A program made the translations under genes and the position numbers. A stretch of 64,000 bases of DNA from Octopus bimaculoides (taxonomy: Eukaryota): contig NC_068981.1 of assembly GCF_001194135.2 (NCBI RefSeq), forward strand, positions 24,634,836-24,698,835. Direction: 5' to 3'. Below are positions 63,832 to 64,000 of the stretch, piece after piece (within the stretch, counting starts at the first letter, position 1; each line of letters begins with the position of its first letter). The notes beneath the pieces were generated by a model. It ran no database searches. It was not told the origin of the DNA and saw only the letters and a list, made by a program, of their open reading frames with translations.

Positions 63832-64000
63832 CACAAAAGAAACAAATTCAGCAAGAAAGGGAATTTTTACTCCAGTGCTTCCTTGGTTAGGAGGTCACGA
63901 TCTACACCGAGTCGTAATATTATCGTTGTGAGAACTGCTGAGACCAAAAAGTCTTTCACTTTTGACGTTAGGCAAAAATGTTATACATTCATGAATGAAT

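Overview
AT-rich eukaryotic draft-assembly DNA, inferred to be octopus/coleoid cephalopod from its dense (TA)n/(CA)n/(CAT)n microsatellites and tRNA-headed SINE types that I recall from octopus (not database-verified). Roughly 5 kb is N gaps. No complete protein-coding gene, rRNA, intact tRNA or CRISPR array is present, and almost all ORF-track entries are microsatellite, N-run or SINE read-throughs. Most of the window is short retroposons, under working labels: SINE-A (head GGAGTGGCTGTGTGG, internal microsatellite, tail ...GACTGAAACAAGTAAAAGA), SINE-B (head GTGGAGGCGCAATGGCCCAGTGG, (CAA)n tail), family C (AAGGGCATCC...(GAT)n tail, internal ~65-bp tandem repeat), SINE-D, SINE-E and family G. 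Decayed relics of CR1-like, RTE-like and Tx1-like LINEs, a mariner, hAT MITEs, a Helitron and Penelope-like elements are also present. One plausible host exon with a start codon lies on + at 21582-21852 (MNYVAHYRPP...GIR, family not recognised), so much of the window may be intron. A regulatory-looking island lies at ~60-64 kb. The most notable items are a minimal Penelope-type hammerhead ribozyme motif with a core variant (12867-12903, -), a 3' tail shared by SINE-A and CR1-like LINE ends, tail-swapped SINE variants, and a fold-back element seen twice. I see no convincing evidence of a wholly new multi-gene system.
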